Shown here: positions 7,959 to 17,269 of the stretch, one piece after another
Position numbering within the stretch: position 1 is the first letter of the stretch
Layout of the letters: the number at the start of each line of letters is the position of its first letter
Assembly: GCA_009923855.1 (NCBI GenBank)
Contig: RFST01000001.1
Location: forward strand, 1-56,319
Length of the DNA: 56,319 bases
DNA from: Actinomycetota bacterium
Lineage (GTDB): Bacteria; Actinomycetota; Acidimicrobiia; Acidimicrobiales; Ilumatobacteraceae
Direction: 5' to 3'
Position numbers and translations under genes: made by a program
Notes under the pieces: model-generated
Database searches by the model: none
Told to the model about the DNA's origin: nothing
Seen by the model: only the letters and a program-made list of their open reading frames with translations

Positions 7959-8633
7959 ATGGAACTCGATGAGGTCATGCGCACGACGTTTGCGTGTCGC
8001 GAATGGACCGACGAACCCGTTTCCGACGACCTCGTGTTCGACATCTTGGATGTTGCCCGTTTCGCACCCAACGGCGGAAACCGCCAGGGCTGGCATGTGA
8101 TCGTTCTGCGTGATCGGGCAACCCGTGAAGCACTGGTGCCATTGGCTCGTCCGACGACGAACCAGTACGCGGCACAGGTTGCAGCGGGGGAGGCGCCGTG
8201 GAACACCGTCGTGGCATCGGAGCTCGATCTAGTGGCAGAGCGCGACGTCGACCGGCCGTTCCCCGGTCTTGATGCCATGGTGGATGCGCCGGTGGTGCTG
8301 GTCATCACGGTCGATCTTGCGGTGGTCGCGAGTTTCGACTCCGAACTCGCCCGGGTCGGTGTTATCAGTGGTGCATCGATCTACCCGTTCGTCTGGAACA
8401 TCCTGCTGGCCGCTCGCGCCCGCGGCCTCGGCGGTGTGCTCACCACCTATCTCGCTGGTCGTGAGTCAGACGTGCAAGATGTTTTGGGTATCCCTCGACA
8501 ACATGCGGTTGCGGCGTTGGTGCCACTCGGTTATCCGGTGCGTCAACTCACCCGGCTCCGGCGTCGTGAAGTGCACGAGTTCACCACAATCGATCGCTTC
8601 GATGGCCCTGTGTTCGAATCTCCTACGACGTAG
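7959..8633 (+). CDS. Nitroreductase-family protein
   Basis: Pattern RFAPNGGNRQGWHVIVLRD ... ASIYPFVWNILLAARARGLGGVLTT. I chose the ATG at 7959 because the track start at 7866 would overlap the tRNA. Confidence 0.8.
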   Translation: MELDEVMRTTFACREWTDEPVSDDLVFDILDVARFAPNGGNRQGWHVIVLRDRATREALVPLARPTTNQYAAQVAAGEAPWNTVVASELDLVAERDVDRPFPGLDAMVDAPVVLVITVDLAVVASFDSELARVGVISGASIYPFVWNILLAARARGLGGVLTTYLAGRESDVQDVLGIPRQHAVAALVPLGYPVRQLTRLRRREVHEFTTIDRFDGPVFESPTT

Positions 8634-8675
8634 GTCGCAACGGCGCCGTGTGCAGCAGCATGCGAGAATGAGGCG

Positions 8676-9383
8676 ATGACGACGTTCGTGGTGGCTCATG
8701 GTGCCTGGTCAGCTGGGTGGGCATGGCGCAAGATGCATCCGGTTCTCGGTCGCCTCGGCCACCAACTGTGGACCCCGACATGGACAGGAATCGGTGAGCG
8801 GCATCATCTGGCATCCCCGCAGGTGTGCCTCAGCACCCACATCGACGATCTGGTGCATCACATGGAAGTCGAAAACCATCGTGACGTCGTGCTCATCGCG
8901 CACAGTTACGGGGGCATGGTGGTCACCGGGGCGATGCCGCGGTTGTCGTCTCGTGTGCGCAGCGTGATCTTCTTGGACGCCGTGCTGCCAGATGCCGGCT
9001 GTTCGATGCTGGACATGGTCGGCGCTGATGCGGCTGCACATATCCGCGCGGCTGCGGATGCCACCGGTGATGGGTGGCGAGTACCGGCCAACCCGATGCC
9101 CCCAGACACCTCCGAGGATGACCTCGCCTGGATCGCGTCGCGTCGTGTGACTCAGCCGTTGGCCACGTTCACCGAGGCGGTAGCCACAGGTGTCGATGAC
9201 ATCAGCGTTCCTCGGTCGTACATCTACTGTCGTCGCGCCGGTCCAGGCGACATGTTCGGTCCCTTTGCTGCGCGGGCGAAGGCCGACACCGCGTGGGCGT
9301 ACCGCGAGATCGATGCCAGCCACAGCCCGAACATCACGGCTCCTGATGTACTGGCCGGGCTGCTCGTCGAACTCGCAGATTGA
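8676..9383 (+). CDS. Alpha/beta hydrolase (methylesterase/SABP2-like)
   Basis: FVVAHGAWSAGWAW and the nucleophile elbow IAHSYGG. It is a paralogue of 49377-50087. Confidence 0.8.
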   Translation: MTTFVVAHGAWSAGWAWRKMHPVLGRLGHQLWTPTWTGIGERHHLASPQVCLSTHIDDLVHHMEVENHRDVVLIAHSYGGMVVTGAMPRLSSRVRSVIFLDAVLPDAGCSMLDMVGADAAAHIRAAADATGDGWRVPANPMPPDTSEDDLAWIASRRVTQPLATFTEAVATGVDDISVPRSYIYCRRAGPGDMFGPFAARAKADTAWAYREIDASHSPNITAPDVLAGLLVELAD

Positions 9384-9441
9384 TGAGCGACCAGATCGCC
9401 CACGGCATCCCACTCCGGCCGCTGCCCCTCTCCAGTCCGAC

Positions 9442-10158
9442 ATGACATCCAACGACGACGCGGCAGCGTCCATTGCCGAACGTGTACGGAAGCTCTTGGC
9501 GATGGCCGAGCGGACGACTAACCCTGCTGAAGCGGACGCGTTCTCGGCGAAAGCGGCTGAGTTGATCGCTCGTCACCGGCTCACCCCCGAGGTGCTGCGC
9601 CCCCCAGATCCAGATCAGCTGGCCTTGCGTGAGGTCGTCATCGGACGCGGTGCCTATGTCCGCGCCCGACTTGCGTTACTCGTTGCGGTGGCGACTCCAC
9701 ACGGTGGGTTCGTGACCTTCAGATCAACCGATACGGGCACCGTGGCCACCGTGTGTGGTCATCGCAGCGATCTCGATGCCATCGCAGTGCTGTACACCTC
9801 GCTGCTCGCACAGATGTCCGCCCGCGCTGCTCAGCAGCACCGGTCGACTGGCGCGGCAACTCAGCGCTGGCGCCGTTCATTCATGTTTGGCTTCGCGCAT
9901 CAGATCGAGGAGATGTTGCGCCGTGCGCATGCCAATGCGGTCGCTGCCGCCTCGAGCGATGATCTCGTGCCTGCTCTGCGGGCGCGTGATGCCGCTGTCC
10001 GGGAGTTCGCATCTCACGAGCTCGGCCCAATCGTGACCGCACGTCGCGCTGCTCCGGTGGGCGTCGACGCGGTGCGGAGTGGTCGCGCCGCTGCCAATGA
10101 TGTCGATATTGGGCGATCGCGCCTGGGTGGTCGCCGCGCGATCGGATCGGGCCGGTGA
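9442..10158 (+). CDS. DUF2786-domain protein
   Basis: The N-terminus IAERVRKLLAMAERTTNPAEADAFSAKAAELIARHRL is the characteristic DUF2786 helix-hairpin. I chose the ATG at 9442 because the track start at 9190 overlaps the hydrolase gene. Confidence 0.7.
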   Translation: MTSNDDAAASIAERVRKLLAMAERTTNPAEADAFSAKAAELIARHRLTPEVLRPPDPDQLALREVVIGRGAYVRARLALLVAVATPHGGFVTFRSTDTGTVATVCGHRSDLDAIAVLYTSLLAQMSARAAQQHRSTGAATQRWRRSFMFGFAHQIEEMLRRAHANAVAAASSDDLVPALRARDAAVREFASHELGPIVTARRAAPVGVDAVRSGRAAANDVDIGRSRLGGRRAIGSGR

Positions 10159-10628
10159 GTCGCGATGACGCGCGCAGCGAGGTGTACGCCGCCGAACTGT
10201 CGGCAACCGCGGGGACCAGCCTCGAGGCCACGTGCACACTCGATGAATTGCGCACCGCCGCCACACGGATAACGCTCTCACCGTGGTGGCCGGTTGGTGA
10301 CGTTGCGGTAGCAGCTGCTCGTGCCGGTGCGCACAGTTCACGCGCGCGGTATCGGGAGGGAAGGATCGAAGTTCGTCTCGCTGCCGGTCAGATGGACATG
10401 GCGACACTGATCCACGAAATGGCCCACGCCCTTGCGGGCCTCGATGCTGCTCATGGGGCGCTGTTTCGTCGAGCGCATATCGATATTGCGTCAGCGGCGG
10501 TCGGCGCGCAGGCCGCTGGATGGGTGGAACACGCCTATCGGGCTGCTCATCTCGACATCGCCGAGCGGTGTTGGCCGCAACCGACTGCGGCCGGGGGTCG
10601 CGACGAACACGGACGTTTCATTATGTGA
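10155..10628 (+). CDS. Small SprT-like HExxH zinc metalloprotease-family protein
   Basis: LIHEMAHALAGLDAAHGALFRRAHIDIA matches the SprT/Spartan-type pattern HEMxHA...HG.xF. Its GTG overlaps the upstream stop (GTGA). Confidence 0.65.
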   Translation: MSRDDARSEVYAAELSATAGTSLEATCTLDELRTAATRITLSPWWPVGDVAVAAARAGAHSSRARYREGRIEVRLAAGQMDMATLIHEMAHALAGLDAAHGALFRRAHIDIASAAVGAQAAGWVEHAYRAAHLDIAERCWPQPTAAGGRDEHGRFIM

Positions 10629-10629
10629 G

Positions 10630-10704
10630 TCGGGAAGGCGGGATTCGAACCCGCGACCCCCTGCTCCCAAAGCAGGTGCGCTAGCCAAGCTGCGCCACTT
10701 CCCG
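10630..10704 (-). tRNA. tRNA-Pro (anticodon UGG), CCA not encoded
   Basis: Hand-folded: CGGGAAG-TG-GCGC-AGCTTGGCTA-GCGC-A-CCTGC-TTTGGGA-GCAGG-GGGTC-GCGGG-TTCGAAT-CCCGC-CTTCCCG-A. Confidence 0.92.
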
Positions 10705-10736
10705 TACCGATGACACTAGCGGCGTATGGCGGTGTC

Positions 10737-11033
10737 TCAGCGGCGCTTGGCCAGGCGCTTTGCTGCGCGACCGATCGGTTCGAGGTGGCGGTGGTCGAGA
10801 TCACCGATCTCCACACCGTTGTCGAACAGGATGCGGTGGCGTAGCCAGTTGAAACCGTTGGCGAGGAGCACAACCCCCTCCGTGCCGGCCGGAACTCCGC
10901 GAAGGTCAACGCTCGCACGCACCCGTTCCCCGATCTTCAGATCGAGTTGGCCTTCATGTGGCGTGGACAGCGAATGCGGTTTCCAGATCGGCACCCCTCC
11001 ATATTGCCCGATCGTGGGGCCTGGTTGCACCAT
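10737..11033 (-). CDS. Hypothetical small protein (98 aa)
   Basis: MVQPGPTIGQYGG...KIGERVRASVDLRGVPAGTEGVVLLANGF...ILFDNGVEIGDLDHRHLEPI has protein-like composition. The opposing plus-strand reading (the upstream extension of tig) is R/S/P-rich junk. I recognise no family. Confidence 0.5.
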   Translation of the reverse strand: MVQPGPTIGQYGGVPIWKPHSLSTPHEGQLDLKIGERVRASVDLRGVPAGTEGVVLLANGFNWLRHRILFDNGVEIGDLDHRHLEPIGRAAKRLAKRR

Positions 11034-11106
11034 CTGCGCGCACACGGTGAGCACGAATGCGTGCCCACGGGGCGTGTCGACAGCCCAGCGGTACACTCGT
11101 CGCCCT

Positions 11107-12492
11107 GTGAAGAGCTCGGTGGAACCCCTCGAGGGGAACAAGGTCAAGGTCTATGTCGAGGTCGATGCGGCGGAGTTCGCCGGCGACATCGATGCGGCGT
11201 TCATGACGATCGCCAAGGAGGTGAAGTTGCCGGGTTTCCGCAACGGCAAAGTGCCGCGGCGGGTACTCGAATCGCGCATCGGGCTCGCGCCGGCGCGCGA
11301 GCAGGCCCTGCGCGATGCGGTGCCGAGGTATCTCACTCAGGCCGTGCGCGAACACGATGTCGATCTCGTGGCCACGCCACAGGTGGAGATTACTGCGGGC
11401 ACCGACGACGGCGATGTCGAGTTCGAGGCCGAGTGTGAGGTTCGTCCGGAGATCAGCATCCCGGGTTACGGCGGGCTCCGCGTCGAGATCGACTCCCCGC
11501 TGATCCATGAGTCAGCGATCGACGAGGCTGTCGATCAGCAGTTGCGTGCTCATGGCACCTTGGCCGATCTCAACCGCGCGATCGCCGACGGTGACATTGT
11601 CACGATCGACATGACGGCCACCCGCGACGGTGAGGAACTTGCGGGCCTGAACATCGACGACTGGTCCTATGAGGTCGGCCAGGGCTGGGTCGCGGAGGAC
11701 TTTGACGAGCAGCTGCGCGGCGCCAGCAATGGCGACACGTTGACTTTTACTACGACGCCCAAGGGAACTGATGCTCCCGCAGATTTCACAGTGAAGATCA
11801 CCGCGGTGTCCGAACTGGTGCTCCCTGAACTCACCGATGAGTGGGTGCAGGAAAATCTCATGGATGCCGACGACGTCACCTCGTGGCGCGAGTCGATCAG
11901 TGAGCGGCTCACCGAGGAACGTCTCGGCGCGATCCGCCAGACCCTTGTCGGCAAGGTGACCGACTCACTGGTTGAACTCGTCGAGGAGGACGCGCCCGAA
12001 TCGATGGTGGCTGCAGAACAGCAACAACGGGTCCAGAACCTGCTGCGTCAGTTCCAGGCGCAGGGAATGGATGTGGCGCAGTGGATGCAGGTCACAGGCC
12101 AGAGCGTCGAGGATCTGATGGAGTCGATGCGTGAACAGGCAGTGACCGCGGTCAAGGCCGACTTGGCACTGCGCGCAATCGTTCGTGCTGAGTCGATCGA
12201 GGTCTCCGGCGATGATCTCGACATTGAGTATCAGCGCATGGCCATGCAATTCAACGAGAAGTCCGACGCGATCCGCAAGGCTTATGAGCGCAATGATGCG
12301 GTGCCCGAGTTGATCGCGCAGATCGCAAAGGGGAAAGCGGTCGACTGGTTGTTGCACAACATCGAGATGGTCGATGCCGACGGAACAGCCGTCGACCGCG
12401 ATCTGGTCCTTGGTCACGATCACGACCACGATGACGACACCGACGCCGATGGCGGCGATGATGATGGCACAGCCATGGAGGAAGGAGCCTGA
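11107..12492 (+). CDS. tig: Trigger factor
   Basis: [24 protein letters not shown]...[19 protein letters not shown] (GFRxGxxP ribosome-binding motif). GTG start at 11107. Acidic His/Asp-rich C-terminal tail. Confidence 0.93.
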   Translation: MKSSVEPLEGNKVKVYVEVDAAEFAGDIDAAFMTIAKEVKLPGFRNGKVPRRVLESRIGLAPAREQALRDAVPRYLTQAVREHDVDLVATPQVEITAGTDDGDVEFEAECEVRPEISIPGYGGLRVEIDSPLIHESAIDEAVDQQLRAHGTLADLNRAIADGDIVTIDMTATRDGEELAGLNIDDWSYEVGQGWVAEDFDEQLRGASNGDTLTFTTTPKGTDAPADFTVKITAVSELVLPELTDEWVQENLMDADDVTSWRESISERLTEERLGAIRQTLVGKVTDSLVELVEEDAPESMVAAEQQQRVQNLLRQFQAQGMDVAQWMQVTGQSVEDLMESMREQAVTAVKADLALRAIVRAESIEVSGDDLDIEYQRMAMQFNEKSDAIRKAYERNDAVPELIAQIAKGKAVDWLLHNIEMVDADGTAVDRDLVLGHDHDHDDDTDADGGDDDGTAMEEGA

Positions 12493-12493
12493 G

Positions 12494-13126
12494 ATGGACC
12501 TCGAGGCAACGAACTACCTCGTCCCGAACGTCGTCGAGCAGACCAGCCGCGGGGAACGGGCCTACGACCTGTACAGCCGCCTGCTCAAAGACAACATCAT
12601 CTTCTTGCAGACCCCGGTCGATGATCAGATCGCCTCGCTCATCTGCGCGCAGTTGATTCACCTTGAGTCGGAGAACCCCGACAAGGACATCAACATTTAC
12701 ATCAACTCGCCCGGTGGCGATATCACTGCGCTGTTCGCCATCTACGACACGATGCAGTTCATCCGTAACGACATCGCGACGATCTGTCTCGGACAGGCGG
12801 CGTCTGCAGCGGCGGTGCTGCTTGCTGCGGGTACCAAGGGTAAGCGCCTTGCCCTGCCACATAGTCGCGTTCTGCTGCACCAGCCGTACGGTCAGGTGGG
12901 CTACGGGCAGGTCACCGATCTCGAATTGGCGGCGAAAGAAATCCTTCGGATGCGTGACATTCTCGAGGAGATTCTGTCGATGCACACCGGTCAGCCGCTC
13001 GAGCGTATTCACGCCGATACCGACCGCGATTTCGTTATGGAAGCTCCAGCGGCTCTCGAATATGGCATCATCGATGAGGTGATTCAGTCCCGGTCGGTTG
13101 TCGACCGCACCGGGCCTATCCGCTAG
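12494..13126 (+). CDS. clpP: ATP-dependent Clp protease proteolytic subunit
   Basis: [25 protein letters not shown] (Ser), LLHQP (His), DTDRD (Asp). The ATG lies 1 nt after the tig stop. Confidence 0.93.
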   Translation: MDLEATNYLVPNVVEQTSRGERAYDLYSRLLKDNIIFLQTPVDDQIASLICAQLIHLESENPDKDINIYINSPGGDITALFAIYDTMQFIRNDIATICLGQAASAAAVLLAAGTKGKRLALPHSRVLLHQPYGQVGYGQVTDLELAAKEILRMRDILEEILSMHTGQPLERIHADTDRDFVMEAPAALEYGIIDEVIQSRSVVDRTGPIR

Positions 13127-13167
13127 GGCACCCGTCCGAGCGGGCCAACGACGAATAGGGGACGCAC

Positions 13168-14442
13168 GTGGCGAAATTTGGAGAGGGCACAGAGTTACTG
13201 AAGTGCTCCTTCTGCGGCAAGTCCCAGAAGCAGGTCAAGAAGCTGATTGCCGGGCCCGGCGTGTACATCTGCGACGAGTGCATCGACCTGTGCAACGAGA
13301 TCATCGAGGAGGAACTGACCGAGTCCTCAGAGGTCTCGTTCGAGCACCTGCCGACCCCGGGTGAAATCGCGTCCTTCCTCGACGAGTACGTGGTTGGTCA
13401 AGATCACGCGAAGCGCATTCTCGCGGTGGCGGTCTACAACCACTATCGCCGTATCCAGAATCAGCAGTCCACCCAGTTGGGCCGGCGCGACGATGTCGAG
13501 TTGTCGAAGGCGAACGTACTGCTACTGGGGCCGACAGGGTGCGGTAAGACACACCTCGCGCAGACCCTTGCCCGAATGCTGAATGTTCCCTTCGCGGTTG
13601 CTGACGCAACGGCGCTCACCGAAGCTGGGTACGTCGGCGAGGATGTCGAGAACATCCTGCTCAAGTTGATCCAGGCTGCCGATTTCGACATCAAGCGCGC
13701 GGAGACCGGCATCATCTACATCGACGAGATCGACAAGGTGGCGCGTAAGAGCGAGAACCCGTCGATCACCCGTGATGTGTCGGGTGAGGGTGTACAACAG
13801 GCGCTGTTGAAGATCCTCGAGGGCACGCAGGCGTCGGTGCCACCCCAAGGTGGGCGCAAACACCCGCATCAGGAGTTCATCCAGATCGACACCACCAATG
13901 TGTTGTTTATTTTGGGTGGCGCCTTCGCTGGTCTCGAGGAGATCATCGAACGTCGGGTCGGCGAACAAGGGGTCGGTTTCCACGGTGTCGTGCGGTCTCG
14001 TTCTGAGCGTGACCCGGGGGAATTATTTGCCAAGGTGCTCCCCGAAGATCTTGTGATGTTTGGGATGATCCCTGAGTTCATCGGACGCCTACCGATGACC
14101 GGAGTGGTCAACAGCCTTGATCGCGAAGCTTTGGTTCGTATTCTCACCGAGCCGCGTAACGCGCTGGTGAAACAGTTCCAGAAGGTGTTCGGGTTCGAAG
14201 ATGTTGAGCTCACCTTCACCCCGGAGGGTTTGGACGCCATCGCCGATCAGGCCATCGGGCGCGGTACCGGTGCGCGTGGTCTTCGGGCGATTCTGGAAGA
14301 TCTCCTTCTCGACATCATGTTTGAACTTCCTGGTCGCGATGACGTGGCCGAGGTGGTGATCGGTGCCGAGACGGTGATCGATCGTGAGTCGCCCACGGTG
14401 GTGACCCGCAAGCCCACCCGGCAGCGCCGCGCAGCGAGCTGA
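13168..14442 (+). CDS. clpX: ATP-dependent Clp protease ATP-binding subunit ClpX
   Basis: Zinc-binding domain [30 protein letters not shown], Walker [17 protein letters not shown]. Confidence 0.96.
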   Translation: MAKFGEGTELLKCSFCGKSQKQVKKLIAGPGVYICDECIDLCNEIIEEELTESSEVSFEHLPTPGEIASFLDEYVVGQDHAKRILAVAVYNHYRRIQNQQSTQLGRRDDVELSKANVLLLGPTGCGKTHLAQTLARMLNVPFAVADATALTEAGYVGEDVENILLKLIQAADFDIKRAETGIIYIDEIDKVARKSENPSITRDVSGEGVQQALLKILEGTQASVPPQGGRKHPHQEFIQIDTTNVLFILGGAFAGLEEIIERRVGEQGVGFHGVVRSRSERDPGELFAKVLPEDLVMFGMIPEFIGRLPMTGVVNSLDREALVRILTEPRNALVKQFQKVFGFEDVELTFTPEGLDAIADQAIGRGTGARGLRAILEDLLLDIMFELPGRDDVAEVVIGAETVIDRESPTVVTRKPTRQRRAAS

Positions 14443-14453
14443 CCTGCACCGAC

Positions 14454-15746
14454 GTGGACCTCTCGGCCGCGCTGGCCTATCTCGATGAGCATGCGTCCTA
14501 CGACGTCACGGGACGCATCGAATCGCCGACCCTCGATCGGATCTCAGCGCTCGCTCATGTCCTTGGTGACCCGCAGCATGCCGCACCGGTGATTCACGTC
14601 ACCGGGACGAACGGCAAAGGGTCGACGGCCCACATGATCTCGTCGTTGCTCGGCGCGTGCGGGTTGAGTGTCGGCACGTACACCAGCCCGCATCTCGAGT
14701 CGGTCAATGAGCGGATCAGGCGCAACGGGGTGCCGATTCCAGATGATGATCTGGTGGAACAGATTGCTGGTGTGGCGGCGGCGGAAGTGGTTGCAGGAGT
14801 TCGGCCGTCGTATTTCGAGGCGCTGACCGCCGCGGCATTTCGCTGGTTTGCCGATGTTGCTGTCGACGTGATGGTCGTCGAAGTGGGGCTGCTGGGTCGT
14901 TGGGATGCAACGAACATTGTCGATGCGCAGGTCGCGGTGATCACCAACATCGGTCTGGACCACATGGAGTTTGCCGGCCCCACCCGAGCCCATATCGCGG
15001 CGGAGAAGGCGGGAATCATCACGGCACAGAGTGCGGTGATCGTGGGGGAGACCGACCCTGAGCTGGTGTCGATCATCGCGCGCGAGGAGCATGCGACACT
15101 GCTGCGTCGTGGTGACGATTTCGATGTGAGCGACAACACGCTCGCTCTTGGAGGCCGTTCGGTCGATCTGCGCACCCCAACCTCGCTGTATCAGGAGGTA
15201 CATCTGCCACTCCACGGTGCACACCAGGGTGATAACGCGGCGGTGGCGCTCTGTGCGGTCGAGACGTTTTTCGCTGCTCCGCTCGGAGACGATGTGGTGC
15301 GTGAGGGCTTCGCCGCCTGCGACATACCTGGACGTTTCGAGGTGCTCGGAGTTCAGCCCCTCGTCGTGATCGATGGGGCCCACAATCCAGCTGGGGCCGA
15401 CACCTGCGCCGAAGTGTTCCACGGCGATTTCAGACCTGAAGGCCGTCGCATCGTGGTCGTTGGCACGTTGCGCGATCCCGCGGAGATGGTGGCGGCCCTT
15501 CGTGTTGATGACGCTGATCTCGTCATTGCCTGCACTGCGCCGACACCCCGTGGTCGCCCAGCAGCAGATGTGGCTGCGGCAGCCGTGGCTGCTGGGGCTA
15601 CGGAAGTAATCGTCATCGATGATCCGATGGCTGCATGCGAACACGCCATCAGAGGTGCTGATCCGGACGATGCCGTCCTGATCACCGGATCGCTCTATGT
15701 CATCGGGGGCGTGCGCGCCGGACTGCGACGTCGTCTCGGCCGGTAG
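14454..15746 (+). CDS. folC: Bifunctional folylpolyglutamate synthase / dihydrofolate synthase
   Basis: HVTGTNGKGSTAHMISSLL P-loop and GTYTSPHLESVNERI. Mur-ligase fold length (430 aa). Confidence 0.9.
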   Translation: MDLSAALAYLDEHASYDVTGRIESPTLDRISALAHVLGDPQHAAPVIHVTGTNGKGSTAHMISSLLGACGLSVGTYTSPHLESVNERIRRNGVPIPDDDLVEQIAGVAAAEVVAGVRPSYFEALTAAAFRWFADVAVDVMVVEVGLLGRWDATNIVDAQVAVITNIGLDHMEFAGPTRAHIAAEKAGIITAQSAVIVGETDPELVSIIAREEHATLLRRGDDFDVSDNTLALGGRSVDLRTPTSLYQEVHLPLHGAHQGDNAAVALCAVETFFAAPLGDDVVREGFAACDIPGRFEVLGVQPLVVIDGAHNPAGADTCAEVFHGDFRPEGRRIVVVGTLRDPAEMVAALRVDDADLVIACTAPTPRGRPAADVAAAAVAAGATEVIVIDDPMAACEHAIRGADPDDAVLITGSLYVIGGVRAGLRRRLGR

Positions 15747-15756
15747 CCTCGCCCAC

Positions 15757-16167
15757 ATGGCTGACCGCACACTTGTCTTGTTAAAGCCCGACACCGTGGA
15801 GCGCAAGCTCGTTGGTGAGGTTCTCTCGCGTTTTGAGGCGAAGAATCTCGACATCGTGGCGATGGAACTGCGCACGCTCGACGCCGACACGCTGGAGCGC
15901 CACTACGCCGAACATGTCGGTAAGGGTTTCTACGCCGACCTCGTGGCGTTCATGAGCCGGGGACCGGTGGTGGCCATGGTCATCGAGGGGCCCGAAGACA
16001 CCTGGGAAGTGGTTCGCAACATGATGGGTGCCACCAACCCGCGCTCTGCTGCCCCCGGAACGATTCGAGGCGACCTCGGAATCTTGTTCACCGAGAACCT
16101 CGTGCACGGAAGTGATTCGCTGGAGAGCGCCGAGCGCGAAATCGGCATCTTCTTCCCGAATCTGTAA
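15757..16167 (+). CDS. ndk: Nucleoside-diphosphate kinase
   Basis: RTLVLLKPD..., GATNP..AAPGTIRGD, NLVHGSDS (catalytic His). I chose the ATG at 15757. Confidence 0.95.
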   Translation: MADRTLVLLKPDTVERKLVGEVLSRFEAKNLDIVAMELRTLDADTLERHYAEHVGKGFYADLVAFMSRGPVVAMVIEGPEDTWEVVRNMMGATNPRSAAPGTIRGDLGILFTENLVHGSDSLESAEREIGIFFPNL

Positions 16168-16231
16168 CATTCGACAACCGTGATCACCGGGCCGTTCGGG
16201 CGCGGTGAGGTTTCTGTGGAGGGAGGACAAC

Positions 16232-17263
16232 GTGAGGGGTAATCCGCTCGGCCTCGGCCGCGACCTCGCGATTGACCTCGGAACCGCGAACACGTTGATC
16301 TACGCCCGAGGAGTCGGGGTAGTGCTCGACGAACCCTCAGTCGTGGCGATCAATGTGAACGATGGCCGTCCGGTGGCCGTCGGCACTGAAGCCAAGCGAA
16401 TGATGGGGCGCACGCCAAACCACATTCGCGCGATCCGACCGCTGAAAGACGGTGTGATCGCGGACTTCGAGGTGTGCGAAAAGATGCTGCGCTACTTCAT
16501 CCAGAAGGTGCATGCATCGCGGTGGTCGAAGCCGCGGATGATCATCTGTGTGCCCTCGGGAATTACCGGGGTGGAGCAGCGCGCTGTGCAGGACGCCGCG
16601 GAATATGCCGGTGCGCGAAAGCCGGTGCACATCATCGAAGAGCCGATGGCTGCGGCGATCGGTGCGGACCTCCCGGTGCACGCTCCCAGCGGCAACATGA
16701 TTGTCGATATCGGTGGTGGCACGACCGAGGTGGCGGTGATTTCCCTCGGTGGCATCGTGACGGCGCAGTCGGTCCGCGTAGCTGGTGACGAGCTTGACGA
16801 CGCCGTCGTGCAATACGTGAAGAAAGAGTTTTCCCTCGCGATTGGGGATCGGACAGCGGAAGAGATCAAGGTGCAGATGGGCTCCGCGTGGCCGCTCTCC
16901 GAAGAACTCACAGCCGACATCCGTGGACGTGATCTCATTTCTGGCCTCCCGCGCACGATTCAACTCAGCACCGAACATGTGCGTGAAGCGCTTGCGGAAC
17001 CGGTGAGCGCCATCGTCGACGCGGTGAAGACCGCGCTCGACCGCACGCCACCCGAGTTGGCGGCCGACATCATGGAGGACGGCATCATGGTCACCGGTGG
17101 TGGCGCGCTGCTGCGCGGCCTTGCCGATCGGTTGGCTCACGAGACCGGCATGCCGATCCGCATTGCGGATGAGCCCCTATTCTCGGTGGCCATCGGTTCG
17201 GGGCGAGCGCTCGAGAACATCGATGCGATGCGCGGTCTGATGTCTCTGGGCGGCGACATCTGA
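16232..17263 (+). CDS. mreB: Rod-shape-determining actin homologue MreB
   Basis: DLAIDLGTANTLIY, MIVDIGGGTTEVAVISLGG, VTGGGALLRGL. GTG at 16232 is preceded by GGAGGGAGGA. Confidence 0.94.
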   Translation: MRGNPLGLGRDLAIDLGTANTLIYARGVGVVLDEPSVVAINVNDGRPVAVGTEAKRMMGRTPNHIRAIRPLKDGVIADFEVCEKMLRYFIQKVHASRWSKPRMIICVPSGITGVEQRAVQDAAEYAGARKPVHIIEEPMAAAIGADLPVHAPSGNMIVDIGGGTTEVAVISLGGIVTAQSVRVAGDELDDAVVQYVKKEFSLAIGDRTAEEIKVQMGSAWPLSEELTADIRGRDLISGLPRTIQLSTEHVREALAEPVSAIVDAVKTALDRTPPELAADIMEDGIMVTGGGALLRGLADRLAHETGMPIRIADEPLFSVAIGSGRALENIDAMRGLMSLGGDI

Positions 17264-17269
17264 GTCGGC

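Noticed and set aside
10726-11106. 127-codon upstream extension of tig
   Set aside because: The sequence is Arg/Ser/Pro-rich and non-protein-like. Trigger-factor homology begins at the GTG at 11107, and the opposite strand holds a more plausible small ORF.
12400-12492. Acidic His/Asp-rich tail of trigger factor ([27 protein letters not shown]) as a possible metal-binding or separate peptide feature
   Set aside because: It is in frame and continuous with tig. Low-complexity acidic C-terminal extensions are common in actinobacterial trigger factors, and there is no independent signal.
14544-15890. 448-aa minus-strand ORF covering the whole folC gene
   Set aside because: It is antisense to a clearly recognisable folC. 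Its composition is Arg/His/Ser/Asp-rich and non-protein-like, which is the typical shadow ORF of a high-GC genome.
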